Origin: a virus
DNA: 64,000 nucleotides
Direction: 5' to 3' (one strand)
IMG/VR virus record: IMGVR_UViG_3300002026_000025
Location: 71,313 to 135,312 of that record
Part shown: piece after piece, positions 1 through 9,271 of the stretch
How positions within the stretch are numbered: position 1 is the first letter of the stretch
Layout of the letters: every line of letters begins with the position of its first letter
Made by a program: the position numbers and the translations under genes
The notes under the pieces: model-generated
Database searches by the model: none
Told to the model about the DNA's origin: nothing
What the model saw: the letters and a program-made list of their open reading frames with translations, nothing else

Positions 1-326
1 AACATAACTAATTCACCTCTTCTTACATCCGGAGCAGTTATTCTATTACTACCAGATAAACTTAACCATTTAGCATTTACTGTAACAGTTGTTTTTGTAT
101 CCGTTTCGTATTTTGCCTCAGATGCATCTTCACCTTTTGATTTATATTGTGTAATTTGGTCTGATATTTGTCCATCTACATATGACAAATCTTCAATAGG
201 TAACACTTCAATTGTTTTTTCAGTTAATAATTTATTAACTGCGACTAAACCTAATGAATAAAACCTTAACTTAGATAAGATTAATTCTGTTGGTGCATAT
301 TTAACATCAGCGATATATGGTTCCAT
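1..326 (-). CDS. Tail spike/baseplate tip protein, phiKZ gp164-like (5' part; runs off the window)
   Basis: Not in the ORF track. Manual translation from ATG at 326: MEPYIADVKY...FYSLGLVAVNK...IEVLPIE...AKWLSLSGSNRITAPDVRRGELVM, open to base 1. Motifs and the position next to sbcC recall phiKZ gp164. Confidence 0.7.
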   Translation of the reverse strand, partial: MEPYIADVKYAPTELILSKLRFYSLGLVAVNKLLTEKTIEVLPIEDLSYVDGQISDQITQYKSKGEDASEAKYETDTKTTVTVNAKWLSLSGSNRITAPDVRRGELVM

Positions 327-395
327 GGTTCACTCTAAAAATATTGTTTCTACACATTTCATGTGCAGGAGCAATATTTAAAAAGGTTATAACTC

Positions 396-3300
396 ATGAA
401 AATATTATATATAGAATTAATTGGTTTTAAACGATTTATGTTAAATCAAATAAATTGTTTTGAGATGGTAATAAATAATCCAATGCAAATTATACTAGGG
501 TCAAATGGTAGTGGAAAAGCAGAGCCATTAGATTCTTTAATTAAAGTACCTAATGGATGGCTTAAAATGGGTCAGATGGAGATAGGTACTGAAGTCATAG
601 CTAAGGACGGTACTACTACTACAGTTAATGGAGTATTCCCACAGGGGCTTAAAGAAATATTCAAAATAACTTTTGCTGATGGTAGAAGTGCAGAGTGCTG
701 TGCTGATCATTTATGGAAAGTATACATCGGAGGAAAACAATATCCGATTGTTCCAAGAATAATTAGCACTTTAGAATTAATTAAATGGTTAGAAACGAAA
801 ACATATAGTAATTTATTATGGGTAGATTTAATTGATTCTGAACAAAATGCCGATGTTGAATTACCTATTGATCCTTATTTATTAGGTGTGTTTTTAGGAG
901 ATGGTTGCTCCCGAGGTTCACCTGATATCACTACACCTGATACTTTTATCATAGATGAAATTTCTAAAGTAGTGCCATCGGAATGCATGATATCTAAAGG
1001 ATATAGCCGCAAAATAAACACAATAACCGGAGAAGATTGTTATACCTATGGTATTGTAAAGAAACCAGATAGTAAAGTGAATACCTTTACTAAAAAATTA
1101 ATAGAAATGAAGTTGTATAACAAATTGAGTTATGATAAATTTATTCCTGAGATTTATTTACATGCGTCTACTAAACAAAGACTACATTTATTACAGGGAT
1201 TGTTAGATACAGATGGCTTCATTGGAAAAAACGGATCAATATCATTTAGCTCTAGTAGTGAGATGTTATCCAGAGGTGTGCAATATTTAGTAAGGTCATT
1301 GGGCGGAATAGCGAAATTATCAACTCGTATTCCTCATTACACATATTTAGGTCAAAGATTAACAGGTAGATTAGATTTTAGAATACATATTAGATATAAA
1401 AAACAAAGTGAACTTTTTAGGCTACCTAAAAAGAAAATAAGAACCAATGACATTAATCAATATGCGTCTATTTTAAAAAATAGAATAGAAACAATAGAAT
1501 CTATAGGTTTTAAAGAAGCCCAATGCATTTCTATTAAACATCCGGAACACTTGTATGTTACAGATCAATTTATTGTAACGCATAACTCTAGTCTTCTACA
1601 ACAGCTTACGCCATTACCACCGAGTGCATCAGACTTTTTAAAAACAGGTAGTAAACATATTACCATTAGTCACGATAATGTTATTTATAATTTAAGAAGT
1701 GTTTTCCAGCCTAGCCAAAAACACAGTTTTATAAAAGACGATGTAGAGTTGAACCTAGGTGGAACAATTACCATTCAAAGGGAATTAGTTAAAACACATT
1801 TTAATATTACACCAGATATACATTCATTAATGTTAGGCGAAGAATCTTTTGATAGCATGTCACCAAGCAGAAGAAAAGAATGGTTTATTTTTCTTTGCGA
1901 TACAAATTACGATTATGCAATTAATGTTTATAATAAACTCAAAGAAAGATTTAGAGATGTAACTGGTGCACTCAAGTTAGCTAAGAAAAGATTAATTAGT
2001 GAAACTGAAAAAGTATTAAAGACAGATGAAGAAAACAAAATAAGACAAGATACACAAATACTTCATGATAACCTTAATTTTTTATTAGAAAATAGAAAAC
2101 CATTAGAATTTGATACAGATGTATTATTTTTTAAACAAACTGAGCTAGAGTCACATTTACTAAAACTTTGTGTAGCATTGGATAAATTACTCTCTGATGG
2201 AAAAGCAATACAAAGTAACGATTTCCACTTACTTAGAATTAATAAGGAAAATGATAAAATAACAATTGCACAAGCATTCATTTCAAATATATCCAAAGAA
2301 TTTGAAATGAATCAAGACAAAATAGACATTTTAAAAAAAGCAGAAAAACAAACGATATCAGAACTTATTGCTAAATTAGATAACCAAAAACAAATAAAGA
2401 AAGAATTAAAAAATACTTTAATTTTTACTGATGATACATTTGACCCAGTGTCTGCAATGAACTCATTTTTATCTATTAAAGAAACCCTTAGTGATATATT
2501 TACAAGTATACCTATTAATAGTGATAGAAAATATAGTAGTGATAATTTATCCAAAACAAAAGAATTACACAGTCAATTATTAATCAAGAAAAAAACAATG
2601 CTCGATGCATTAGAAATATGTATACAAAAACAAAAGCATATGCAAATGCATAAAGATAAACCTGATCTAACTTGTCCAAAGTGTCAATATAATTATTCTT
2701 TATATTACGATGAAAAAACAGATAAAATAAATGAAGAGAAAATACAATCAATACAAAATGTTCTAGAAATAACTGTAAACCCAGAAATAAAAAAATGTGA
2801 AGAATACATACAGTCGTGTTCCGAATATAGTTTATTATATCGTCGCTATATTCAGTGTACTAATAATTTTGTTATACTTAATCCATATTGGACTTACCTT
2901 AATGATAAAAATATTATTACCGATAATCCTCAATTTGGTATAACTCAATTAAATATAATAGAAACAGATTTAATTGGACAGAAAGATTATTTAGATGTTT
3001 GTAAAAAATGTTTAGATATCCAAAATATGTTAACCTCTTTAAAGGACGTAGGGGCCACAGATTTAAACACATTAATACAAACTAACACATCGTTACAAAA
3101 AACCCTAGAAGAGTACACTGGTGCCCTACAAATGGCAGTTAAAAGGAAGGAGAAAGAAGTATCTGCTTTAAATAGATTAAAAGATATTAAATCTTTACAA
3201 ATAAAGATTAAAGAGTGTACTGATAACAAATACAAATTATGTAAAGACCAAATAGAAACTACTAGAAGAGCACTTTTTAATGAAACAATTAAACTCATGC

Positions 3301-3947
3301 AAAGTGATTTAGCTAACAAAGAACATATTTTATCTAATGTTAAAACACAAAAAAGTATCATTGAAAATATTAATAATAACATTACTGAATTAGAGTCGGA
3401 GGAGTTAGCGCTATCTTTATTGATTAAACAACTCTCACCAGTAGACGGTTTAATAGCTGAAGGACTATTTGGATTTATAAAAAACTTTTGTAATCAGATG
3501 AACAGTTTAATAAAAAATGTTTGGTCTTATCCAATGGAAATTAAATCGTGTGAATTAGCTGATGACAATTCTGTAGATTTAGATTATAAATTTCCAATTA
3601 AATTAGCAAGTGATACAGTATCAGATGTTAGTAAAGGGTCTACTGGAATGATAGAGATTATCAATCTTGCATTTAAGATTGTTGCTATGAAATTTCTTGG
3701 ATTACAAAATACACCTTTATTATTAGATGAGTTAGGTAAAACACTAGATAGTACACATCGAGGTGGTATTATAATGTTGATTAAGAATATGTTGGAACAG
3801 CATATTTTTACACAGACTTTTATGATCAGTCATGATTTCTCTCAATATAGTGCTATGCTTAATGTGGATACTTGTGTGCTATGTCCAAACAATATTATTT
3901 TACCTCAAAGTTACAATGAACACGTGAAGATGGATAGTTTAAATTAA
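396..3947 (+). CDS. sbcC: SbcC/Rad50-like ATPase (phiKZ gp165-like) containing an intein
   Basis: Walker A GSNGSGK[intein]SS, long coiled coil with CPKC zinc hook, signature-like SKGSTG, Walker B LLLDE, terminal ISH. Confidence 0.9.
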   Translation: MKILYIELIGFKRFMLNQINCFEMVINNPMQIILGSNGSGKAEPLDSLIKVPNGWLKMGQMEIGTEVIAKDGTTTTVNGVFPQGLKEIFKITFADGRSAECCADHLWKVYIGGKQYPIVPRIISTLELIKWLETKTYSNLLWVDLIDSEQNADVELPIDPYLLGVFLGDGCSRGSPDITTPDTFIIDEISKVVPSECMISKGYSRKINTITGEDCYTYGIVKKPDSKVNTFTKKLIEMKLYNKLSYDKFIPEIYLHASTKQRLHLLQGLLDTDGFIGKNGSISFSSSSEMLSRGVQYLVRSLGGIAKLSTRIPHYTYLGQRLTGRLDFRIHIRYKKQSELFRLPKKKIRTNDINQYASILKNRIETIESIGFKEAQCISIKHPEHLYVTDQFIVTHNSSLLQQLTPLPPSASDFLKTGSKHITISHDNVIYNLRSVFQPSQKHSFIKDDVELNLGGTITIQRELVKTHFNITPDIHSLMLGEESFDSMSPSRRKEWFIFLCDTNYDYAINVYNKLKERFRDVTGALKLAKKRLISETEKVLKTDEENKIRQDTQILHDNLNFLLENRKPLEFDTDVLFFKQTELESHLLKLCVALDKLLSDGKAIQSNDFHLLRINKENDKITIAQAFISNISKEFEMNQDKIDILKKAEKQTISELIAKLDNQKQIKKELKNTLIFTDDTFDPVSAMNSFLSIKETLSDIFTSIPINSDRKYSSDNLSKTKELHSQLLIKKKTMLDALEICIQKQKHMQMHKDKPDLTCPKCQYNYSLYYDEKTDKINEEKIQSIQNVLEITVNPEIKKCEEYIQSCSEYSLLYRRYIQCTNNFVILNPYWTYLNDKNIITDNPQFGITQLNIIETDLIGQKDYLDVCKKCLDIQNMLTSLKDVGATDLNTLIQTNTSLQKTLEEYTGALQMAVKRKEKEVSALNRLKDIKSLQIKIKECTDNKYKLCKDQIETTRRALFNETIKLMQSDLANKEHILSNVKTQKSIIENINNNITELESEELALSLLIKQLSPVDGLIAEGLFGFIKNFCNQMNSLIKNVWSYPMEIKSCELADDNSVDLDYKFPIKLASDTVSDVSKGSTGMIEIINLAFKIVAMKFLGLQNTPLLLDELGKTLDSTHRGGIIMLIKNMLEQHIFTQTFMISHDFSQYSAMLNVDTCVLCPNNIILPQSYNEHVKMDSLN
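519..1586 (+). mobile_element. Class 3 intein (356 aa) with LAGLIDADG homing endonuclease, inserted in the SbcC P-loop
   Basis: Starts AEPLDS, ends VTHN followed by Ser. WCT triplet present (DHLW, AQCIS, VTHN). Endonuclease motifs LLGVFLGDG and LQGLLDTDG. Removal restores GSNGSGKSS. Confidence 0.92.
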
Positions 3948-4126
3948 AATCGTAATCTAGATTTTTTTCAGTCACATATACTACTTTTGAACTGATGCAA
4001 TGAATTATGGGTCTTAAGAGCAATGTTACAGGTTGGAAACCCGTTCTGGTTTCCTTCCTTATGCGCTTGGCATTCAAAGGACACGTGGCTAAAAGGATTA
4101 AAGTCCTCAAAGCTATGGCGAAATAA
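3947..4126 (+). other. Dispersed cassette copy 1 (divergent): promoter motif plus 39-codon ORF (4007-4126) or structured RNA
   Basis: AATCGTAATCTAGATTTTTTTCAGTCACATATACTACTTTTGAA matches the repeat at 17826, 40507, 44993 and 46008. ORF MGLKSNVTGWKPVLVSFLMRLAFKGHVAKRIKVLKAMAK has no clear RBS. Confidence 0.5.
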
Positions 4127-4127
4127 A

Positions 4128-4178
4128 CATACCTCATACCCTCACTAGCCCTAAAAAGGTTAGTGAGGGTATGGGTGT
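4128..4178. terminator. Long hairpin between convergent units, probable bidirectional terminator
   Basis: CATACCCTCACTAGCC...GGTTAGTGAGGGTATG inverted repeat. Confidence 0.7.
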
Positions 4179-4189
4179 AGAATTTGTTT

Positions 4190-4552
4190 TTAATGTTTTC
4201 TTAATGTAAACACACCAGTTCCAGCAGTACAATTTACTCTGACACAACTGATACCCGATGTATAACTTAAAAATTGTTTTTGTCCAGATGTCTGTGGTGC
4301 AGCATCCCAATCAAAAGGTGTAGCAGTATTATTATTACAATACTTTGGAAAGTCAGAACTAATTTCCACTTTACAGGTACCAGCAGTTACATGTAAAGCT
4401 AATCCAACATTATCTGCATTAGTAATAAACCAAGGAGATATTGTATTAACTACTGTGGCCTTTAGATTGTTAGGACCTTCTTCGACAGTAGTGGCTGAAT
4501 TAGATAAACTAGCACAAATTCCAAATAATAAACCGATCATTATTTTTTTCAT
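4190..4552 (-). CDS. Small Cys-containing protein with signal-peptide-like N-terminus
   Basis: Likely start ATG 4552 (MKKIMIGLLFGICASLSNSA) with AGGA upstream; ORF track starts at 4576. Confidence 0.6.
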   Translation of the reverse strand: MKKIMIGLLFGICASLSNSATTVEEGPNNLKATVVNTISPWFITNADNVGLALHVTAGTCKVEISSDFPKYCNNNTATPFDWDAAPQTSGQKQFLSYTSGISCVRVNCTAGTGVFTLRKH

Positions 4553-4562
4553 AGATTTCCTT

Positions 4563-5177
4563 CTACATTTTTGCAATGTGTTCTTCCATGTTCTTTACTT
4601 TAATAAGTAAAGCGCTATTTTGATTTTGTAAATCAACTATTTTACGTAAATTAGATTTATTATTAATTACGTTTAATTTTCTAGCTTCCTCTATTGCTTT
4701 ATGTTGATCCTGAGTAATAGTCCCTGGTATTCCATATACAACTGTTTTAATAGTAGACCTAACACCTATTCGATCAAATATGTAATCTTTTAATTCAGAT
4801 TTTATTGTAGCTAAATCAAAAGTATCTGGTAATGCAGATAAAGAAATACCTAATAAAACATTAGAATATTTAATACCATTGACATCGGGTAGACTGATAA
4901 TATTAATACCAGGTATCATCAATACATCACCTTTACTAGAGCGTAATGTGTATACTGGAATATTTTGATTATTATCAGAATCAAATCTTGCTTTAGTTAA
5001 ACCAGCTGGTAAATATATGTCATTGAATGGATCGCTACCTCTGTTAACTAAACTCTCTATATACTCAATGGATATACAAGTATAGTTCAATTGAGTATTA
5101 ATAAGCTTGTCAAATGGATCTGATAATAAATATTTTCCTTTTAAACCTATTGTTATAATACTATAAAAGTTAGACAT
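4563..5177 (-). CDS. Conserved phiKZ-like hypothetical protein
   Basis: 204-aa ORF with AGGA RBS, in an operon with 5188-6498; C-terminal coiled coil. Confidence 0.65.
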   Translation of the reverse strand: MSNFYSIITIGLKGKYLLSDPFDKLINTQLNYTCISIEYIESLVNRGSDPFNDIYLPAGLTKARFDSDNNQNIPVYTLRSSKGDVLMIPGINIISLPDVNGIKYSNVLLGISLSALPDTFDLATIKSELKDYIFDRIGVRSTIKTVVYGIPGTITQDQHKAIEEARKLNVINNKSNLRKIVDLQNQNSALLIKVKNMEEHIAKM

Positions 5178-5187
5178 ATTTTAATCC

Positions 5188-6498
5188 TCAGTAACTCGAT
5201 GTTGTACTTTTACATGCTATTAAATATTGTATTTTCTCGTGACTAAGTGATACATATATAGTATTATTTATCATTGTTCTTCTGTAACCTATAGGTAAAG
5301 ATGATGATGAATCCAGTGTCTCAGCAACCAAAATTACATTAGATAGCATCTGCAAAAATGATTGTGTCCTAGCTGACATTCGGTTGAAATCATTACTTGT
5401 TGTGGATACATTTATTATATCTGGATATAATTGCGTAATTTCAAAAATATTATCTCTATTGCTAAAATTACTTATAATATCAAAAAATATGTTTTTATAT
5501 GGGTTAGGCATTACACATGCGTAGTTATCTATATGTGCTGGCGGATATGACGGTAACATTTTTTTAATGTAAGCTAATTCTTTACTAATATTCACAATAG
5601 ATGAATATATACCAGAACTTACCGTCATATTTGGTATTGCATAATTATTCCATTTAGGGATGATTACAAATTCTGTTCTCTTAAAGATATCCGGTAATAT
5701 TGTTTTCCAATCATCTATATTAATAGATGTTTTAGTTATAATGTAATCTGTTATAGCTGCTATAACAAATTCGTAATTATTACCTTTGCTGCCATATATT
5801 AATACAGTCCAGTCTGTATTAATTTTATCACTGGAATTATGAGGATTAACCCAATCAAAAGATTCCGTTGTCAATAGTGTTTCAGGCCATTCGCCTCTAG
5901 CATAACCAATATTTTCTAATGTCTTAGATAAACTACTTTTCTCTAATTCAATTCTAAGGGCAGATGAAGTACCAAAAAATAGATTTAACGATTGGATTGG
6001 CGGTACCACTACAATTTCAAATTTATCATATTGGTTTCTAAATGCACTATCACTAAACCAAATTTTATTTCGATTATCTTCTGCTGCATATTCTCTATTT
6101 TTCCACATAACCCATTCTGGATACCAATTGCCATCTAATGCTTCTATAAAATCACCACAATCCATATAATCACATCTTACTACAAAATTACTTATAAAGC
6201 TATTTAAAAATGTATTCTTATTTGATGTTTTGGTAGTACCAGTTTGTTTACTATAAATCCAATTAGCTATATCTACACCTGTAGTAGTAATAATACTAGG
6301 TGGAGTTAAATAACCACCAGTGTTGGATTTTGTATAAAAACCAACTAATTTACATACACGATTTGTAGGATCAACATAAATCCCTTTGTCTTTAGCAAAA
6401 GTTGCACTATGTGCGCTAAGTTCTCCGATTGCAGATGTTGTATTAATTACATTATTTGCATACGTATCTATCTCTATAAAACCTTGAAATTCATACAT
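5188..6498 (-). CDS. Virion structural protein (phiKZ gp157-like)
   Basis: 436 aa, AAGGA RBS, N-terminal GF..I...N...GELS pattern, adjacent to RNase H as in phiKZ-like phages. Confidence 0.6.
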   Translation of the reverse strand: MYEFQGFIEIDTYANNVINTTSAIGELSAHSATFAKDKGIYVDPTNRVCKLVGFYTKSNTGGYLTPPSIITTTGVDIANWIYSKQTGTTKTSNKNTFLNSFISNFVVRCDYMDCGDFIEALDGNWYPEWVMWKNREYAAEDNRNKIWFSDSAFRNQYDKFEIVVVPPIQSLNLFFGTSSALRIELEKSSLSKTLENIGYARGEWPETLLTTESFDWVNPHNSSDKINTDWTVLIYGSKGNNYEFVIAAITDYIITKTSINIDDWKTILPDIFKRTEFVIIPKWNNYAIPNMTVSSGIYSSIVNISKELAYIKKMLPSYPPAHIDNYACVMPNPYKNIFFDIISNFSNRDNIFEITQLYPDIINVSTTSNDFNRMSARTQSFLQMLSNVILVAETLDSSSSLPIGYRRTMINNTIYVSLSHEKIQYLIACKSTTSSY

Positions 6499-6601
6499 CT
6501 GTTTTTTCCTTTAGTTAATCATTAATCATAAAATATCAGTCGGAATTTAAATATAAGAATTGTTAATATTTTGACTCGCATTTAACAACAAAGGTATTTC
6601 A

Positions 6602-8050
6602 ATGGTTACTAAAAATAAAACGGTGAAAATAGAAGATAAACCGACAGGATTAGTCGTTTATACAGATGGTGGATCTCGTGATAATTATGGTGGTTACGGT
6701 ATACACGGTTATGTATACAGCGATCAAAAAACAAATAAAGGTAGTGGTAATACATATCAGTATTTAACTAGTGACGGATATGTACCAAAGATAGATGTTA
6801 AAGATAAAACAGATTTTAAACAAGTTAAACCATATCAGTATATAAATGGATACAGTAGTTTTAACGGTAATATTACAAACAATGTAGCAGAAATAGCTGG
6901 AGCACAAGCTGGGTTAAATTTTGCAATTAGTAACGATATCAAAGACATAAAAATTATTACTGATAGTGAAATGGTAGTTAAGGGTGCTACTAAATGGTTA
7001 CCTATGTGGAAGAAAAATAATTGGATTAAGTCTGATGGCCAACCAGTTGCTAACCAAGCATGGTGGAAAGCTCTAGATAACAGTATAAATCTACTCAAAG
7101 AAAAAAATGTTAATGTAGAATTTAAATGGGTTAAAGGACACTCTACACATCTTGGAAATCAATTGGCTGATAAGTTAGCAACCATTGGTGTATTGCATTC
7201 CAAAGACGGTGTTATACATACTGAACTTAATATAGAACCAGCAGATAGCTATTGGTCAAATACTGTTGAGAGAAGTCCGTTTATTACACAGAAAAGATTG
7301 TTTTTTACAACTAGACCAGAAGGGATAGTTCCTGGGGAATATTACTTGGGTGATCAAGTCAAGGATGATGATTTGTTAGGTAAGAGAACCGCAGATGGTT
7401 GTTTTAGTTATATTAAATTAAAAACACCTGAACCAGTTATTGAATTACTCAGAAATAAACAAGTTAAATTAGCCGGTAGTTTAGATGTGATTATTATGGC
7501 TAGACTCGATAAGCTATATGAATCAGATGTATATAAGCACATTATGACTTATGGTGATGTTTGTTTTTATACGCAGTATCGGGATAAATTAGATTTAAGT
7601 TTTGTAGATAGTGAACCAATCACTAGGGAACTTAGGCCACCTAGGTTAGCAATGAGGGCAGTAGAATCAGTTAATATACTCAAAGGTATTTATCAATGTT
7701 ATATTCAGGGTAGAAATGAAAATCTAATTGAAACAGATGTAACAAATTTATTTTACGATATCGAAAATGGTTATAAATTAAAACCAGAATTTGTTACCGG
7801 ATTTACAAACATTGTTGTGGATGTCTTTTATAACAATGGTGATACATCGTCTAGAGATAAAATAGATCTTTGCATGGGTGTAGATTTACCAGAAAGAAAT
7901 TATCTCAAACGAATGGAAAAACATAAACCAGTTATTAAAGTACTTACTTGGATGGAATCAGAAAAGATGTTTAGATATGTTACGGTTATTACGGCCGGTG
8001 AAGATGCAGGTGTATTTGCCGGAATGTACTCTAACACTAAGTTTGTTTAA
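6602..8050 (+). CDS. rnhA: Ribonuclease HI with C-terminal extension (phiKZ gp155-like)
   Basis: VYTDGG, TNNVAEI, ITDSEMV, WVKGH, GNQLADKLA catalytic motifs. Confidence 0.92.
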   Translation: MVTKNKTVKIEDKPTGLVVYTDGGSRDNYGGYGIHGYVYSDQKTNKGSGNTYQYLTSDGYVPKIDVKDKTDFKQVKPYQYINGYSSFNGNITNNVAEIAGAQAGLNFAISNDIKDIKIITDSEMVVKGATKWLPMWKKNNWIKSDGQPVANQAWWKALDNSINLLKEKNVNVEFKWVKGHSTHLGNQLADKLATIGVLHSKDGVIHTELNIEPADSYWSNTVERSPFITQKRLFFTTRPEGIVPGEYYLGDQVKDDDLLGKRTADGCFSYIKLKTPEPVIELLRNKQVKLAGSLDVIIMARLDKLYESDVYKHIMTYGDVCFYTQYRDKLDLSFVDSEPITRELRPPRLAMRAVESVNILKGIYQCYIQGRNENLIETDVTNLFYDIENGYKLKPEFVTGFTNIVVDVFYNNGDTSSRDKIDLCMGVDLPERNYLKRMEKHKPVIKVLTWMESEKMFRYVTVITAGEDAGVFAGMYSNTKFV

Positions 8051-8075
8051 TAATCGTGCAGGCATATTGAGAAGG

Positions 8076-8130
8076 TGATCAGGTTCTAATATTAGAACCT
8101 GATCAAAAATAACCTTTGGGTTATTTTTTT
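8076..8130. terminator. Perfect 30-bp palindrome followed by an A/T-flanked hairpin
   Basis: TGATCAGGTTCTAATATTAGAACCTGATCA (8076-8105), then AAAATAACC-TTTG-GGTTATTTTTTT, between convergent genes. Confidence 0.7.
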
Positions 8131-8290
8131 ATAATTTTTTCATTAAAGTAAAATAACTTTTATGTATATTTCTTAAGAATTCAGATTGTATATCAGCGAT
8201 GGCTTTTAGTATAATATCTATAAAAGTATTACGACGTTTACGTTCTATACTTTTAATAATACTCTCTAATTCTTTTTCATCATTATTCAT
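8129..8290 (-). CDS. Small hypothetical protein (53 aa), not in the ORF track
   Basis: AAAGGA RBS then MNNDEKELESIIKSIERKRRNTFIDIILKAIADIQSEFLRNIHKSYFTLMKKL*. Confidence 0.55.
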   Translation of the reverse strand: MNNDEKELESIIKSIERKRRNTFIDIILKAIADIQSEFLRNIHKSYFTLMKKL

Positions 8291-8331
8291 TTTCAATATA
8301 TCCTTTACTAAAAATAGGTCGTTATTTACTA

Positions 8332-9165
8332 TTAATCATATACACTAAGTATATGTTTTATTGTATTTTCTATTGATCCATTAAGAGCGAGAACACGATA
8401 ATATGTTGTAGCCATCATTTCTAATTCTTTTGCTACGATGTATGCGCCGTTAGATAAACGTTGCGCCACTTCTCTTGTTGTTTTATTCATTTGTTCTTTA
8501 CTTAAATTATCTTGAATAATATTCAAATAATCTACACATTGTTTAACTTGGCGTTTAATTAGCTCACGATCTATAGTTTGCATATTTGCAATACAAGTAT
8601 TGAGTTGATTAAATACAGGTATAAAATCGTTATTTCTATCTACAACATTCTTAACAATTGTTTCGGCTTTATAAGAATCTTTTACATACATTTTTGAAAA
8701 TGCTTTGTATATTTCCTCACTATCTTTTTCAATTTTATCGTATGTTATTTTGTTATTATCTGTAGAAACAGATGCTAACTTATCTGAAACTAATTGTGCT
8801 AGAAATAATGTATAAGGCTGCATTATTTCATTTTGTAAATTTTTAAATTTTTCAGTAACTGGTAATAAAACGTGTAAATATTCTAAGTATTTTTTACCCA
8901 TGCCCTCTGGTGTATAAGCCTTTAATTGACCTATTTCTGTAAAAGGTATTTCGCCAAGAACTTTCATTAGCTTAGATTGATCTTTATTTAATGGTATCAA
9001 TACTGGTAAATCGCTGGATGTATTACTGTTACTAAATGCATTAACAATACCTGGCATTAATTTCTTCAAGTAATCAGTAGCTGGAGTTATTGATAAAAAT
9101 TCTAATGCTAAACTATCTTTAGCATGTTTTAAATCTTCAATAGATGTATATTCAAATTTTAACAT
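8332..9165 (-). CDS. Head protein (phiKZ gp153-like)
   Basis: Lies between RNase H and UvsX; N-terminal SIE and ALE match the S/A/G-X-E prohead protease site; helical. Confidence 0.6.
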   Translation of the reverse strand: MLKFEYTSIEDLKHAKDSLALEFLSITPATDYLKKLMPGIVNAFSNSNTSSDLPVLIPLNKDQSKLMKVLGEIPFTEIGQLKAYTPEGMGKKYLEYLHVLLPVTEKFKNLQNEIMQPYTLFLAQLVSDKLASVSTDNNKITYDKIEKDSEEIYKAFSKMYVKDSYKAETIVKNVVDRNNDFIPVFNQLNTCIANMQTIDRELIKRQVKQCVDYLNIIQDNLSKEQMNKTTREVAQRLSNGAYIVAKELEMMATTYYRVLALNGSIENTIKHILSVYD

Positions 9166-9271
9166 TATATTTCCTTTAGGGTGTAAGCATATGATTTAAG
9201 TCAAAGGAAAATTTAAAATATTACTTGATAATTTGAGTGAGTAATAATTCTTTTGAATAATTGGAAAATAA

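Noticed and set aside
3990-4126. Hammerhead or other self-cleaving ribozyme (CTGATG...GAAA)
   Set aside because: The core reads CUGAUGC rather than CUGAUGA, and I could not build the three required stems.
9216-9240. phiKZ-type middle promoter (AAATATTAC) upstream of uvsX
   Set aside because: Too short and AT-rich to distinguish from background without TSS data.
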